A DNA stretch of 64,000 nucleotides from an uncultured SAR86 cluster bacterium (GTDB taxonomy: Bacteria > Pseudomonadota > Gammaproteobacteria > Magnimaribacterales > AG-339-G14), in assembly GCA_902525435.1 (NCBI GenBank), contig CABZHD010000004.1, positions 29,133 to 93,132 on the forward strand, read 5' to 3'. The position numbers and the translations under genes were made by a program. Within the stretch, counting starts at the first letter, position 1. Each line of letters begins with the position of its first letter. Below the pieces are notes generated by a model. The model saw only the letters and a program-made list of their open reading frames with translations. It ran no database searches and had not been told where the DNA came from. Positions 26,789-36,719 of the stretch are shown here, one piece after another.

Positions 26789-28078
26789 GTGAGCCTCAAT
26801 TAACGCAATTGAACTTGAAATGCCAGTATCAATTGTTTTTTCATAGTCGGGTAAAAACTTACTGGAATGAAGGGACGGTAATTTTTTAGAATTATTCAAA
26901 AATTCTTTGTAATCCTTTTGTGATACAGCGCCAATCCAAAACAGTAGGGAAGGTATTTTTGGCTCTACTCTTCCAAATTGACCAAAGTCTTCTCCCCCCA
27001 TGACTTGAGGACCATCAAACACTTTATCCTTTCCTAACTCTTTTGAAAGAATTTCTTTGGCGCGCATAGCTAAGTCTGGATTATTAAATACGGCAGGAGT
27101 GTATTCGTCTCTGAGCTTAACAATTGGATAGAGATTTTTTGGCAAATCATTTTGAATTGCAATTGATTCAGCGATTTTTTTAATTCTAGAGATTATAAGC
27201 TCTCTGTCCTCGTCACTATAAGATCTCACGGTGATCTGAAGATCAACATGATTTGGGATTATGTTATGTTTGGTTCCTCCATGAATGGAACCAACAGTCA
27301 CAACCCCTGCATTAATAGGACTTAAATTTCTGCTAATAATTGTTTGAAGAGTTGTAATAAATTGAGAGCTCATTACGATGGGATCTTTAGTTAAATGAGG
27401 ATAAGCTCCGTGCCCACCTTCTCCATGAAAAGTAACATCGACTGAATCAACATTCGCCATTGCGAAGCCTGGAGTTATATGGACCGTTCCAGATTGAGTT
27501 TGAGCTGAAACATGAAGGGCTAAATTTATATCTGGATAAGGTATTTTTTTAAACAATCCTGCATTTATCATTTGTCTTGCACCAAAACCAATTTCTTCAG
27601 CAGGTTGCAAAATAAAAACAATAGTTCCTTTCCATGAATCTTTATTTTTTGAAAAGTATTCTGCAGTTCCAATTAAAGACGTCATGTGAATATCATGCCC
27701 ACAAGCATGCATTATTGGCACGTCCATTCCATTCTGTTTAGTAGTTTTGACGCTTTCAAAAGAAATTCCTGTCTCTTCTTTTATTGGAAGAGCATCCATG
27801 TCTGCTCGAAATAAGACTGTCTTGTTTCCTCCATTTTTGAGGATAGCTGCAAAACCATTTCCTCCAATATTGGTGATAATCTCATATCCATATTCTTCTA
27901 ATAAATCTTCGAGATATTTAGTAGTCTCAAATTCTTGCAGAGATAATTCAGGATTTTGATGAAGATATTTATAAATTTCATAAAAATCTTCATTTGATTT
28001 TAAAGGCAGTGATACCGCATAAATTATTAGAAATAAATAGTAAACGTTGCGATTTAAATACCTTTTGAAAGTGATCAT
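26780..28078 (-). CDS. M20D-family amidohydrolase (hippurate hydrolase/aminoacylase-like), secreted
   Basis: 432 aa with a signal peptide, MHACGHDIHM, and typical LQPAEE and GGEDF elements. Confidence 0.85.
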   Translation of the reverse strand: MITFKRYLNRNVYYLFLIIYAVSLPLKSNEDFYEIYKYLHQNPELSLQEFETTKYLEDLLEEYGYEIITNIGGNGFAAILKNGGNKTVLFRADMDALPIKEETGISFESVKTTKQNGMDVPIMHACGHDIHMTSLIGTAEYFSKNKDSWKGTIVFILQPAEEIGFGARQMINAGLFKKIPYPDINLALHVSAQTQSGTVHITPGFAMANVDSVDVTFHGEGGHGAYPHLTKDPIVMSSQFITTLQTIISRNLSPINAGVVTVGSIHGGTKHNIIPNHVDLQITVRSYSDEDRELIISRIKKIAESIAIQNDLPKNLYPIVKLRDEYTPAVFNNPDLAMRAKEILSKELGKDKVFDGPQVMGGEDFGQFGRVEPKIPSLLFWIGAVSQKDYKEFLNNSKKLPSLHSSKFLPDYEKTIDTGISSSIALIEAHLN

Positions 28079-28103
28079 TAATATATAATAACAGCTTATT
28101 TTT

Positions 28104-28673
28104 ATGAGTATAAAATCAGATAAATGGATAAAAAGAATGGCTATAGAAAGTCATCTAATAGACCCCTTCATTGATAAACAAGTTAAACATACAGAAGAGG
28201 CTGGAAGTACAGTTTCTTACGGGCTATCAAGTTATGGTTATGACGTGAGATGTGCTGATGAATTTAAAATTTTTACAAATATAAATTCAGCCACAGTGGA
28301 CCCAAAAAATTTTGATGAGGATAGCTTCATTGATATTAAATCTGAGGTGTGTGTAATTCCTCCAAATTCCTTTGCCCTAGCAAGGACTGTGGAATATTTT
28401 AAAATTCCTAGGAACGTACTAACAATTTGTTTAGGAAAATCTACGTATGCTAGATGCGGCATAATTGTAAACGTAACCCCTCTCGAACCTGAATGGGAAG
28501 GCCATGTAACTCTTGAATTTTCAAATACAACAAGTTTGCCAGCAAAGATCTATGCAAACGAAGGTGTAGCACAAATGCTTTTTTTTGAATCAGACGAATT
28601 ATGCGAAACAAGTTATGCGGATAGGAAAGGCAAATATCAAGGTCAATTGGGTGTTACACCCCCCAAAGTTTAA
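28104..28673 (+). CDS. dcd: dCTP deaminase
   Basis: 189 aa with [28 protein letters not shown] and LEFSNTT, matching Dcd. Confidence 0.93.
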   Translation: MSIKSDKWIKRMAIESHLIDPFIDKQVKHTEEAGSTVSYGLSSYGYDVRCADEFKIFTNINSATVDPKNFDEDSFIDIKSEVCVIPPNSFALARTVEYFKIPRNVLTICLGKSTYARCGIIVNVTPLEPEWEGHVTLEFSNTTSLPAKIYANEGVAQMLFFESDELCETSYADRKGKYQGQLGVTPPKV

Positions 28674-29287
28674 AGATTCTCCCAGACAAACTCTCTACCA
28701 TTAACATTCTGAATAACTTTTAATATTTCTTTTGAGTTATCCTTAAAAAAAAGTTCAAATTTATCCTTTTCTTTTTTTTCCTTGATTTTAATAGTGTCAG
28801 GACTAGAAATTGTTTTTATAAACTTTTTCTGTATTATTTTTCCTCTCTCCAATACATTAAGAGTAATTTCTTCGTCAGTCTGAATATTTAACAATCTTAA
28901 GTAAAGATGAGCAGTCAAATCATCGTAAATAGCTCCATCATATTGAAGAGTTTCGGTTAGCTGACCTTTTATGTATTTAATTTTTTTTCTTGAATGATCT
29001 ATTTTGTAACTTTCTTCTATCTTCCTTAATCCTCCCATGACGATTAAATTTCTTTTTATCTCAGATATCTGAATTAAATTTGTATAACTAAATTGAGTAT
29101 CTTGGCTTAACTTAAAGAAAGGATGAGAGATTTCGTAAGTAATATTCCACTCATCTTTCAGATTGGTGAGATTTACTTTAAACTCTGATTCCTTATATTT
29201 AAATGTATAGCTTTCTTCATTAATAGGAAAAAGGTTGCTAGCTATCACAAAAAGAAAGCTTAAGCTGATTTTATAAATCAAATTCAT
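28670..29287 (-). CDS. DUF3108-like secreted protein
   Basis: It sits downstream of purN, as in many gammaproteobacteria. I prefer the internal start [18 protein letters not shown] (signal peptide) at 29287 over the track start at 29344. Confidence 0.5.
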   Translation of the reverse strand: MNLIYKISLSFLFVIASNLFPINEESYTFKYKESEFKVNLTNLKDEWNITYEISHPFFKLSQDTQFSYTNLIQISEIKRNLIVMGGLRKIEESYKIDHSRKKIKYIKGQLTETLQYDGAIYDDLTAHLYLRLLNIQTDEEITLNVLERGKIIQKKFIKTISSPDTIKIKEKKEKDKFELFFKDNSKEILKVIQNVNGREFVWENL

Positions 29288-29909
29288 CCTCGTAACATTT
29301 AAAATTTTTTCCATTAAGTTCATTAAGGTTAATTTCTCCTTCAACTATCATCTTGATAATCATTGGATAAAGTTTATGTTCTATTGAGTGAACTTTTGTA
29401 ATCAAACCATCAATATCTTTATATTTGGTAGCTACAAATCTAGCTTGAGCAATTATTGGACCGCTATCCAAGCCTTCGTCTACAAGATGAATTGTCACTC
29501 CGTGAAACTTATCCTTGTTATTTATTACTTTTTCATGAGTGTTGAGACCAGGATATTTAGGCAGAAGAGAAGGATGGATATTGATAATTTTTCTATTAAA
29601 TTTTTCTATAAAACTATTAGACAGTATCCGCATGAAACCTGCTAAAACAATTAAATCTACTTCATGTTTAATCAATAGTTCACTCAGTGCTTGATCAAAA
29701 CTCTCTCTTGATGAAAAATTTTTATGATTCAAGAAAGCACTATTCAAATTTTCTTGTTTAGCTCTTGTTAATGCAAAAGCGGTTTCAATATTAGATATAA
29801 CAAGTGAAATGTTTGCATTAATTTCACCAATATTTATAGAATCAATGATTGATTGAAGATTACTTCCGTTTCCAGATACTAAAACAGCGAGTTTTTTGAT
29901 ATCACCCAA
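29271..29909 (-). CDS. purN: phosphoribosylglycinamide formyltransferase
   Basis: 212 aa with LAVLVSGNGSNLQ, LAGFMRIL, NIHPSLLP and HLVDEGLDSGPII. Apparent TTG start. Confidence 0.93.
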   Translation of the reverse strand: MGDIKKLAVLVSGNGSNLQSIIDSINIGEINANISLVISNIETAFALTRAKQENLNSAFLNHKNFSSRESFDQALSELLIKHEVDLIVLAGFMRILSNSFIEKFNRKIINIHPSLLPKYPGLNTHEKVINNKDKFHGVTIHLVDEGLDSGPIIAQARFVATKYKDIDGLITKVHSIEHKLYPMIIKMIVEGEINLNELNGKNFKCYEDEFDL

Positions 29910-30945
29910 ATTGTATCTCTAATTTCTTCGTTTTATCGTTTACTACCTTTCCTAGTCTGACAAACGGCTGTCTAGATTTTTTCAGTTTGTATTCTAAATT
30001 AGCTTTGTCAGCGGGATGAATAATTACTATCAACCCAACTCCACAATTAAAGACCTCAGTCATTTCCTTAATTGTTAGGTTAGCTTTTGAGGAAATTAGA
30101 TCAAAAAGATCTTTATGAAAAGGGTATCCCCTGGAAAAATCTATATGAGCACATTTACCATTTGGAATAACTCTTGGTAAGTTTTCTACGATGCCGCCTC
30201 CGGTAATATGACAAATTTGTTTGAGAGAAATAGATTTGGATAACTCACGGATAACATTTACATAAATTTTCGTTGGTTTAAGAAGTGCTTTGCCTAAAGT
30301 TGTTTTCCCCATTCGAGCTTTCAAATTTATCTTTCTCGCTTGTATGAGCTTTCTTATTAATGAGAATCCATTTGAATGTAACCCAGTAGATGAGAGGCCA
30401 TAAATAAGATCATTATTTTTTACATTGCTAATTTTTAGTATTTTATTTTTTTCTGCTACTCCAACTGAAAAACCTGCCAAATCATATTTTCCTTTAGGAA
30501 ATTCATCTGGATGTTCAGCTGTTTCCCCTCCGATAAGAGAGCATCCAGCTGCCAGACAGCCTTTTGATATTCCTTTAAAGATTTGTTTCTTTTTTCTTAA
30601 ATTAATTTTATCTGTCACAAGATAATCTAAAAAGAAAAGAGGCTCAGCACCTACAGTTATCAAATCATTCACGCACATGGCAACAAGATCTTCACCAATA
30701 GTGCTGTGATCATTAAGTTTTTCTGCTATTGAAACTTTTGTGCCAACTCCATCAGTACATGCAACAAGTTTAGGGCTTTTATAGTTTTTTGGTATTGAAG
30801 CAAGAGCAGCAAATGAACCTATGTTTGAATCTATTTCTTTTCTAAGCGTCTTTTTTGCAAAAGGTTTAATAATGTCGACAAGCTTGTAACCTAAGTTGAC
30901 ATCAACGCCAGACGATTTATAGGTTATCTTCTTCTGCTTGCTCAA
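29902..30945 (-). CDS. purM: phosphoribosylformylglycinamidine cyclo-ligase
   Basis: ...ITYKSSGVDVNLG..., DGVGTK and GGETAEHP. The track start (TTG at 30993) collides with the divergent gene's ATG. The internal TTG at 30945 gives (M)SKQKKITYKSSGVD, like other PurM N-termini. The start remains uncertain. Confidence 0.9.
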   Translation of the reverse strand: MSKQKKITYKSSGVDVNLGYKLVDIIKPFAKKTLRKEIDSNIGSFAALASIPKNYKSPKLVACTDGVGTKVSIAEKLNDHSTIGEDLVAMCVNDLITVGAEPLFFLDYLVTDKINLRKKKQIFKGISKGCLAAGCSLIGGETAEHPDEFPKGKYDLAGFSVGVAEKNKILKISNVKNNDLIYGLSSTGLHSNGFSLIRKLIQARKINLKARMGKTTLGKALLKPTKIYVNVIRELSKSISLKQICHITGGGIVENLPRVIPNGKCAHIDFSRGYPFHKDLFDLISSKANLTIKEMTEVFNCGVGLIVIIHPADKANLEYKLKKSRQPFVRLGKVVNDKTKKLEIQFG

Positions 30946-30992
30946 TATTTCAGTGAATTTTTTTTTGAAATAATCATTATAATGATTTAGCA

Positions 30993-31985
30993 ATGAGGAA
31001 GGTATTCTTAATTTTTCTTTTTTTCCAAGCTATTTTTTTAGCCAGTCAATCTGATCTTCCTGAGGTCTATACAGTAAAAATTGAAGATACTGGAAACGAT
31101 ATTTCTTTTTACTTAGATCAAGCAGTTCTAGAAGCAATTGTTAGAGCAACTGGAAATTTTGAGGAGACAAGGAATTCAAAAAAAATTATGGATCTTGACT
31201 TAAACTCTTACGTCAGGGAATACAAGTTCTTACAAGAGCAAAATAAAAATTTTATTGAAATTAAAATCGATGCTGTAGAACTGAGATCAAAATTATTTGA
31301 TTTAAATTTTTCTTTATTTACAGAAAAAAAATTAAAAGCAGTCGTTTGGGTAAACTGTAATTTATCAAGCGAACTAAAATCAAAAACATATCAGATGGCC
31401 TTAGATGAATGTAACGTTTTAAAAGACATTATTTCTTCTGAAGCCAAAAAAAGGGGAGGGAGAGCTATATATCCAATTCTAGACTCAACAGAAATCACCT
31501 TCTATGAAGGGAAAAATATGGAAAGCTTTGAAAACATTTATTTTAATAATGAGAAATATTCTCCCGATGGATGGATGTATTGTTATAGAGAAAAAGGATT
31601 TCTTTGTTACCTGCCTAAGGAACCAAATAATGTTTTTTCTAATTTAAATCCCTATAATAGCTTTCTTCCTTTCGATGCTATCCAAGGTCTTTTAGACAAT
31701 ATATCGGATCCTTACAGAGTGAAATCTGGATCAAAAATTAAAAAGATTCTCATTACCGTTCAAGGAAATACATCTTTTGACGCTCTTCAGACATTCAAAG
31801 AGTTCCTTGACCAAAATTTCTTGGTTAAAAAGTCATTTCTTCACAGACTAGAGGATAATATGTTTAGTTTTATGGTTACCACTGACTCTGATTCCGATGA
31901 CCTTGTTGAAGTAATGCTGACTGATAATTTACTAACTTTGAGCAGCAAATCGTCTGAAGAAATAATTTTTCAGAAAATAAACTAA
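30993..31985 (+). CDS. DUF2066-like secreted protein
   Basis: 330 aa with a signal peptide. Its position divergent from purM matches conserved gammaproteobacterial synteny. No catalytic motif. Confidence 0.5.
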   Translation: MRKVFLIFLFFQAIFLASQSDLPEVYTVKIEDTGNDISFYLDQAVLEAIVRATGNFEETRNSKKIMDLDLNSYVREYKFLQEQNKNFIEIKIDAVELRSKLFDLNFSLFTEKKLKAVVWVNCNLSSELKSKTYQMALDECNVLKDIISSEAKKRGGRAIYPILDSTEITFYEGKNMESFENIYFNNEKYSPDGWMYCYREKGFLCYLPKEPNNVFSNLNPYNSFLPFDAIQGLLDNISDPYRVKSGSKIKKILITVQGNTSFDALQTFKEFLDQNFLVKKSFLHRLEDNMFSFMVTTDSDSDDLVEVMLTDNLLTLSSKSSEEIIFQKIN

Positions 31986-32531
31986 ATGCTTTCAAATATT
32001 CCAAATATCCTTACGGTATTGAGACTTCTCTCTGTGTATCCCCTCATAATTTTCATATTAGAGGAACAATTTTTTTTGGCCTTAGGAATATTTTTTTTAG
32101 CGGGGATATCAGATTTACTAGATGGATTTTTAGCTAGAAAATTTTCATGGCAATCAAGATTTGGACAAATTGCTGATCCAGTTGCAGATAAAACATTGGT
32201 GGTGGCAACAATAATTTCTTTAGGTTCAATAGACCTCATCGAAAACTGGTTTATGTTTATGGTTCTTGGCAGAGATTTATTAATTATTGTAGGGGTAGTA
32301 CTGGCAAATTACTTGATATCTGATTATCAAGTTGCTCCAAATTATCTTGGAAAATTAAATACAACAATTTTACTCTTATTGGTTGGCATTATTTTAATTG
32401 ATGCCGTTGGCTTTTTAGTTACTGATATAGCAATTTACTGGATATCAATCCTTTTTATATTCACAAATACCTTAAGCTTGATAGTTTATTTCATTGATCC
32501 TGGCATAAAAATCCTACGCAACATAAAGTGA
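31986..32531 (+). CDS. CDP-alcohol phosphatidyltransferase family protein (PgsA-like)
   Basis: 181 aa, multi-TM, with DLLDGFLARKFSWQSRFGQIADPVADK, the D-G-x2-A-R-x8-G-x3-D-x3-D motif. Confidence 0.8.
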   Translation: MLSNIPNILTVLRLLSVYPLIIFILEEQFFLALGIFFLAGISDLLDGFLARKFSWQSRFGQIADPVADKTLVVATIISLGSIDLIENWFMFMVLGRDLLIIVGVVLANYLISDYQVAPNYLGKLNTTILLLLVGIILIDAVGFLVTDIAIYWISILFIFTNTLSLIVYFIDPGIKILRNIK

Positions 32532-33217
32532 TGGATCAAAAGACTTTCAAGTTCAATTCAGAAATTTATCTATCAAAAGAGAATTTGCAGTCAATTGATA
32601 CATTTGAGAAAAACTTTAAACAGCTTCAGAATTTCTTTTCTGAAAATAATAAATTTATTTTGCTTTACGGAGACGAAAAGTCAGGGAAGAAGTATATTTT
32701 AAATTCGTTTATCAATTGTTTTCATTTTGATAAAAAAATTTTTTATGCATCACTAGAAGATGATTATTTTTCTGAACAAATCCTAGAAGGTATATCTTAT
32801 TTCGATGTAATAGTATTGGATAGGTTAGATCTTGCTCATACTGATTCCAATTGGGAGTTAGGAATTTTTAACCTTTACAACGAATTAAATGAAGCAGATA
32901 AAAATAAAATTATTTTTCTTTCTGATAAACCTCTTAATTCAATCGAATTTAATTTGAAGGATCTTCAATCAAGAATCGCATCAATTTCTGCTATGAGTTT
33001 TGCTGAATTAAACGATGAGGAAAAAAGAATATTGATGAAATTAATTTTCAATAAAAGAGGCATATCGATTGATAAGTCTGTACTATCGTACGCTTTAGAA
33101 AGAAGCTCTAGAAACCTTGAGAATATAATTAACTTAGTTCAAAAAATTGATGAATACTCCCTATCAAAAAAAAGAAATATCACGGTGCCTTTGTTAAAAG
33201 AAATCTTAGAGTCATGA
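32528..33217 (+). CDS. hda: DnaA-related AAA+ protein, Hda-like regulatory inactivator of DnaA
   Basis: 229 aa with a degenerate Walker A (LLYGDEKSGKKYIL), VIVLDRLD, and box VII/VIII-like ...IFLSDKP... and ...RSSRNLENII. It occupies the hda-like position next to the purM region. Confidence 0.6.
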   Translation: MMDQKTFKFNSEIYLSKENLQSIDTFEKNFKQLQNFFSENNKFILLYGDEKSGKKYILNSFINCFHFDKKIFYASLEDDYFSEQILEGISYFDVIVLDRLDLAHTDSNWELGIFNLYNELNEADKNKIIFLSDKPLNSIEFNLKDLQSRIASISAMSFAELNDEEKRILMKLIFNKRGISIDKSVLSYALERSSRNLENIINLVQKIDEYSLSKKRNITVPLLKEILES

Positions 33218-33657
33218 GAATTATAAAATTATCCTTTTTTTTACTAATCATTACGGCATGCTCCGAATCAGATCTTATGATTCATAAACAAAATGGTTTG
33301 ATGCTGGAAGATTTAAAGGAAAAGAACACAGTGATAAATTTTTGGGCAGACTGGTGCCCACCTTGTATTAAAGAGATTCCTGAATTGAATGCTTTATATG
33401 AAGAGAATAAAGATGAACTTAATGTTTACTTATTTCATTTCGATGAACTTGCTGGAGCAGAATTAGACGAACAACTAATAAGGTTCAATGCAAGGATACC
33501 TTCTCTCTTAACAAGTCCCTATCAAATCTTTGGAATTGACATTCCAGAAACTCTTCCCGTGACGGTAATCATTGATAGAGATTTAAATGTGAAAGAAGTT
33601 TTGAGAGGTCCACAAACAAAAGAGTCAATAATCCAAAGATTGGAGCTCATTAATTAG
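33214..33657 (+). CDS. TlpA/ResA-like periplasmic thiol:disulfide oxidoreductase lipoprotein
   Basis: 147 aa with lipobox IITAC and Trx motif FWADWCPPCIKEIPEL. ATGA overlap with hda. Confidence 0.8.
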   Translation: MRIIKLSFFLLIITACSESDLMIHKQNGLMLEDLKEKNTVINFWADWCPPCIKEIPELNALYEENKDELNVYLFHFDELAGAELDEQLIRFNARIPSLLTSPYQIFGIDIPETLPVTVIIDRDLNVKEVLRGPQTKESIIQRLELIN

Positions 33658-34437
33658 ACCTTCGGGATCAATTCTTCTTCCCTTAATGAAGATTTCAAAA
33701 TGTAAATGAGGGCCGGTCACCCTTCCTGAAGAGCCAACGGTTCCAATTAGTTGACCCTTTTCAAGATATTCATTCTCGTTTACAAATATCTCATTTAAAT
33801 GAGAATAAGAAGAAAGAAATCCATTCCCATGATCAAGTATTATATTGTTCCCTTTGTAAAAAAGGTTTCCTACAAAAATGACTCTTCCATTTAATGGAGC
33901 AATTATTTTTGTACCTTCGCTGTTAGCAATATCAAGACCGAGATGGCGGTTTCTAGGAGAACCATTTATAAATCTACGCAATCCAAATCTACTTGAAATA
34001 TAACCAGAAACTGGCTGAATCATAGGCCAATTTAAATTTATTTGATCTGAGTTAACTGCATATTTGGAATTTAATATTACTTGTTCTTCTCTTATTCTTT
34101 TCCTTGATTCAGGAGATATTTTTATAAAATTTTGGTCCTCTATAGTGATTCTGGACTCCCTAAATTTTTTTTCTTGAATAACAAAAACTCTATCAGAAAC
34201 ATAAATTCTTTGGTTTTTAAGCTCCAATGGGACTGGGTAAACCAAAGTAAAGGTTTTATCGCTATTAAAACACTGAATACCTTGAAAATTTTCCTGATAA
34301 TCATTTGAAGTAACTGTGATGTGTCCGCCTGGAACAAGATTAGATTTAGGAAAGTTACAGTCGTTTTTAATACTTATTATTTTATTTGAACAGGAAATAA
34401 CAATTAAAAAAATTATCGGAAATAATTTTCTAATCAT
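33625..34437 (-). CDS. M23 family metallopeptidase lipoprotein
   Basis: 270 aa with lipobox VISCS, HLGLDI and GSSGRVTGPHLHFEI. Confidence 0.88.
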   Translation of the reverse strand: MIRKLFPIIFLIVISCSNKIISIKNDCNFPKSNLVPGGHITVTSNDYQENFQGIQCFNSDKTFTLVYPVPLELKNQRIYVSDRVFVIQEKKFRESRITIEDQNFIKISPESRKRIREEQVILNSKYAVNSDQINLNWPMIQPVSGYISSRFGLRRFINGSPRNRHLGLDIANSEGTKIIAPLNGRVIFVGNLFYKGNNIILDHGNGFLSSYSHLNEIFVNENEYLEKGQLIGTVGSSGRVTGPHLHFEIFIKGRRIDPEGLINELQSLDY

Positions 34438-35788
34438 TATTTATATTTGTAACATCAGCTTCATACGATATTTTCGCAGAAGTGACAGATATTTTATCTT
34501 CCAAAGAAATATCATCTATTGATTTGACCACAACTCCTTTTTTATTCCTGACAATTGAATAACCTCTTTCTAAAACATTGAAAGGACTTAGTTGCTCAAT
34601 CTGTGAAGAATACGATGTGATGAGATTTTGTTTCTCACTAAGATGCTTTGAATGAAGCGTTTTAATTTTTGATAAATTATCATCTATATTTTCCTTAAAT
34701 CGAGCCAATTTAGAATTTGGGTTTAATAAATCTATGGACCTTTTTGAGAAGTTTATGATTTCCCTCACTTTATTGAATCCACTCAAAAAAGAATTATGCA
34801 ATCTAAGAGTGCTCTCATCTAGTTTAAGAAAATTTTCATTTATTTTATTCAATGGGTTTACGATTCTTTGACTAAGGTTTTTAACTTCTTGATTAAGAAA
34901 ATTTAAATTATTAAAAAAAACCTTATTTAAAAATTTTTCATAATTTTCTAAAGAATTAGAAATTTGAAATATTTCTGAAGAAATAATTTCCGCTGCACCG
35001 GACGGAGTTGGTGCTCTTAAGTCACAAACAAAATCACATATTGTAAAATCTGTCTCATGACCAATTGCACTTATAGTTGGAATATTTAGTTTAGATATTG
35101 CTAAAGCAATTTTTTCTGAATTAAAAACCCACAGATCTTCAATCGATCCTCCACCTCTGGCAAATACAAGCAAATCATATTTATATTTTGGTTGAATTTC
35201 ATTTATCAGATTTAAGTTGTTGAGGATACTCTGTTCTGCTTCCTCTCCTTGAACAAGAGATGAGAATAAATTGACCTCAATACTCGGGGCTCTTCTATTT
35301 AAGACATTCTTAATATCTTGAAGCACCGCTCCTTTTTCAGATGTAATCAATGCAATTTTTTGAGGATAGCTAGGTATTTCTAATTTGTTGCTTTCATCAA
35401 ATAATCCTTGATTGTTCAGTCTAGTTTTAAGTTTTTCATATTCTTCATAAAGCTTTCCAATCCCATCTTTTTCCAGTGATTCAACTTGAAACTGATAATT
35501 TCCTCTTGCCAAGTACATTGAAGCACTGCCTAAAGCAATAAATTCATCTCCTTCCTTGGGGATAAAATTTAATAATGAATTTTTGAACTTAAACATAACG
35601 CATTGAATTTGAGATTCTTCATCTTTAAGAGTGAAATACCAATGCCCAGATGGATAAGATTTAAAATTTGATATCTCACCTTTAATCCAGATATCTGAAA
35701 ATGAATTTTCTAAAGTTTTTTTTGCTGAATTATTTAATTCGCTAACTGTGAAGATGTATCTATTGCCCTTTTGATCATTCCAATTCAT
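34430..35788 (-). CDS. xseA: exodeoxyribonuclease VII large subunit
   Basis: 452 aa with an OB-fold N-terminus (FTVSELNNSAKKTLE...IWIKGEISNFK...SGHWYFTLKD), then ARGGGSIEDLW and GHETDFT. Confidence 0.93.
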   Translation of the reverse strand: MNWNDQKGNRYIFTVSELNNSAKKTLENSFSDIWIKGEISNFKSYPSGHWYFTLKDEESQIQCVMFKFKNSLLNFIPKEGDEFIALGSASMYLARGNYQFQVESLEKDGIGKLYEEYEKLKTRLNNQGLFDESNKLEIPSYPQKIALITSEKGAVLQDIKNVLNRRAPSIEVNLFSSLVQGEEAEQSILNNLNLINEIQPKYKYDLLVFARGGGSIEDLWVFNSEKIALAISKLNIPTISAIGHETDFTICDFVCDLRAPTPSGAAEIISSEIFQISNSLENYEKFLNKVFFNNLNFLNQEVKNLSQRIVNPLNKINENFLKLDESTLRLHNSFLSGFNKVREIINFSKRSIDLLNPNSKLARFKENIDDNLSKIKTLHSKHLSEKQNLITSYSSQIEQLSPFNVLERGYSIVRNKKGVVVKSIDDISLEDKISVTSAKISYEADVTNINND

Positions 35789-35825
35789 TAGTGCAGTATA
35801 GCTAATCTTGAATAAATGCTTAAAG

Positions 35826-36719
35826 ATGAGTGTTCAAAATAAATATCCTTTTTACCTTTCCACGGTAATCGGTGCGATATTAATTGGATTAGCTCCAATA
35901 CTTATGCGTTACAGTGAAGTTTCTCCCTCGATGACAGGGTTTTATCGTTTCTTTTTTGCTTTCTTAATTTTACTGATTTACGGAGCTATTAAAGGCAAGA
36001 AATTTTTCGTAAATACAAATCTTTACATTCTTGCATTGCCTGGAATATTTTTTGGTGCAGACATTGCACTATGGCATACGGCAATCATGATCACTCCTGT
36101 AACTAATGCGGCTTTGTTAGTTAACACTGCGCCAATATACGTCGGAATCATATCCTTTTTATTTTTTAAGGAAAGAATTAGTAAATTGTTTCTAATCTCC
36201 TTAATTCTTTCTTTTATAGGCGTCAGCTTAATTATTCTTAATCTTCAAAATTTTGATGTTTTTTTAGGCAAAAACCTTAGAGGGGACTTACTTTCTTTGC
36301 TGGCTGCAATTTTTTATGCAGGATATTTGGTATCTGTGAGAAGACTATCAAGCAATTTAGATACATTTCAGCTCATGCTTTACTCAGCTTTGTTTGGTTG
36401 CATTCCTCTTTTAGCTCTTGGTTTTTTTGAGACCGGTATAAAGTTCCCAATTTCTCTTCAGGGAGTAGGGAATCTTTTATTACAGTCCACGCTGGTTCAA
36501 ATCATTGGACAAGGATTAGTCATTTATGGCTTATCTCAGATAAGCGCGCAATTCACATCTCTCATTTTGCTTTTACAAGTTTTAACGGCAGCAATATTGA
36601 GTATGTTTCTCTTTAATGAACTGCTCTTATTTCAACAGATCTTAGGTGGTATTATTTTGATTATAGGAATTTATATTGCGGGTTTAAACGAGAGAAAGAG
36701 TAATCATGACAAAAAATGA
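35826..36719 (+). CDS. EamA/DMT-superfamily transporter
   Basis: About 10 TM helices in a two-EamA-repeat layout. I prefer the ATG at 35826 (MSVQNKYPFYLS...) over the track TTG at 35808. Confidence 0.8.
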   Translation: MSVQNKYPFYLSTVIGAILIGLAPILMRYSEVSPSMTGFYRFFFAFLILLIYGAIKGKKFFVNTNLYILALPGIFFGADIALWHTAIMITPVTNAALLVNTAPIYVGIISFLFFKERISKLFLISLILSFIGVSLIILNLQNFDVFLGKNLRGDLLSLLAAIFYAGYLVSVRRLSSNLDTFQLMLYSALFGCIPLLALGFFETGIKFPISLQGVGNLLLQSTLVQIIGQGLVIYGLSQISAQFTSLILLLQVLTAAILSMFLFNELLLFQQILGGIILIIGIYIAGLNERKSNHDKK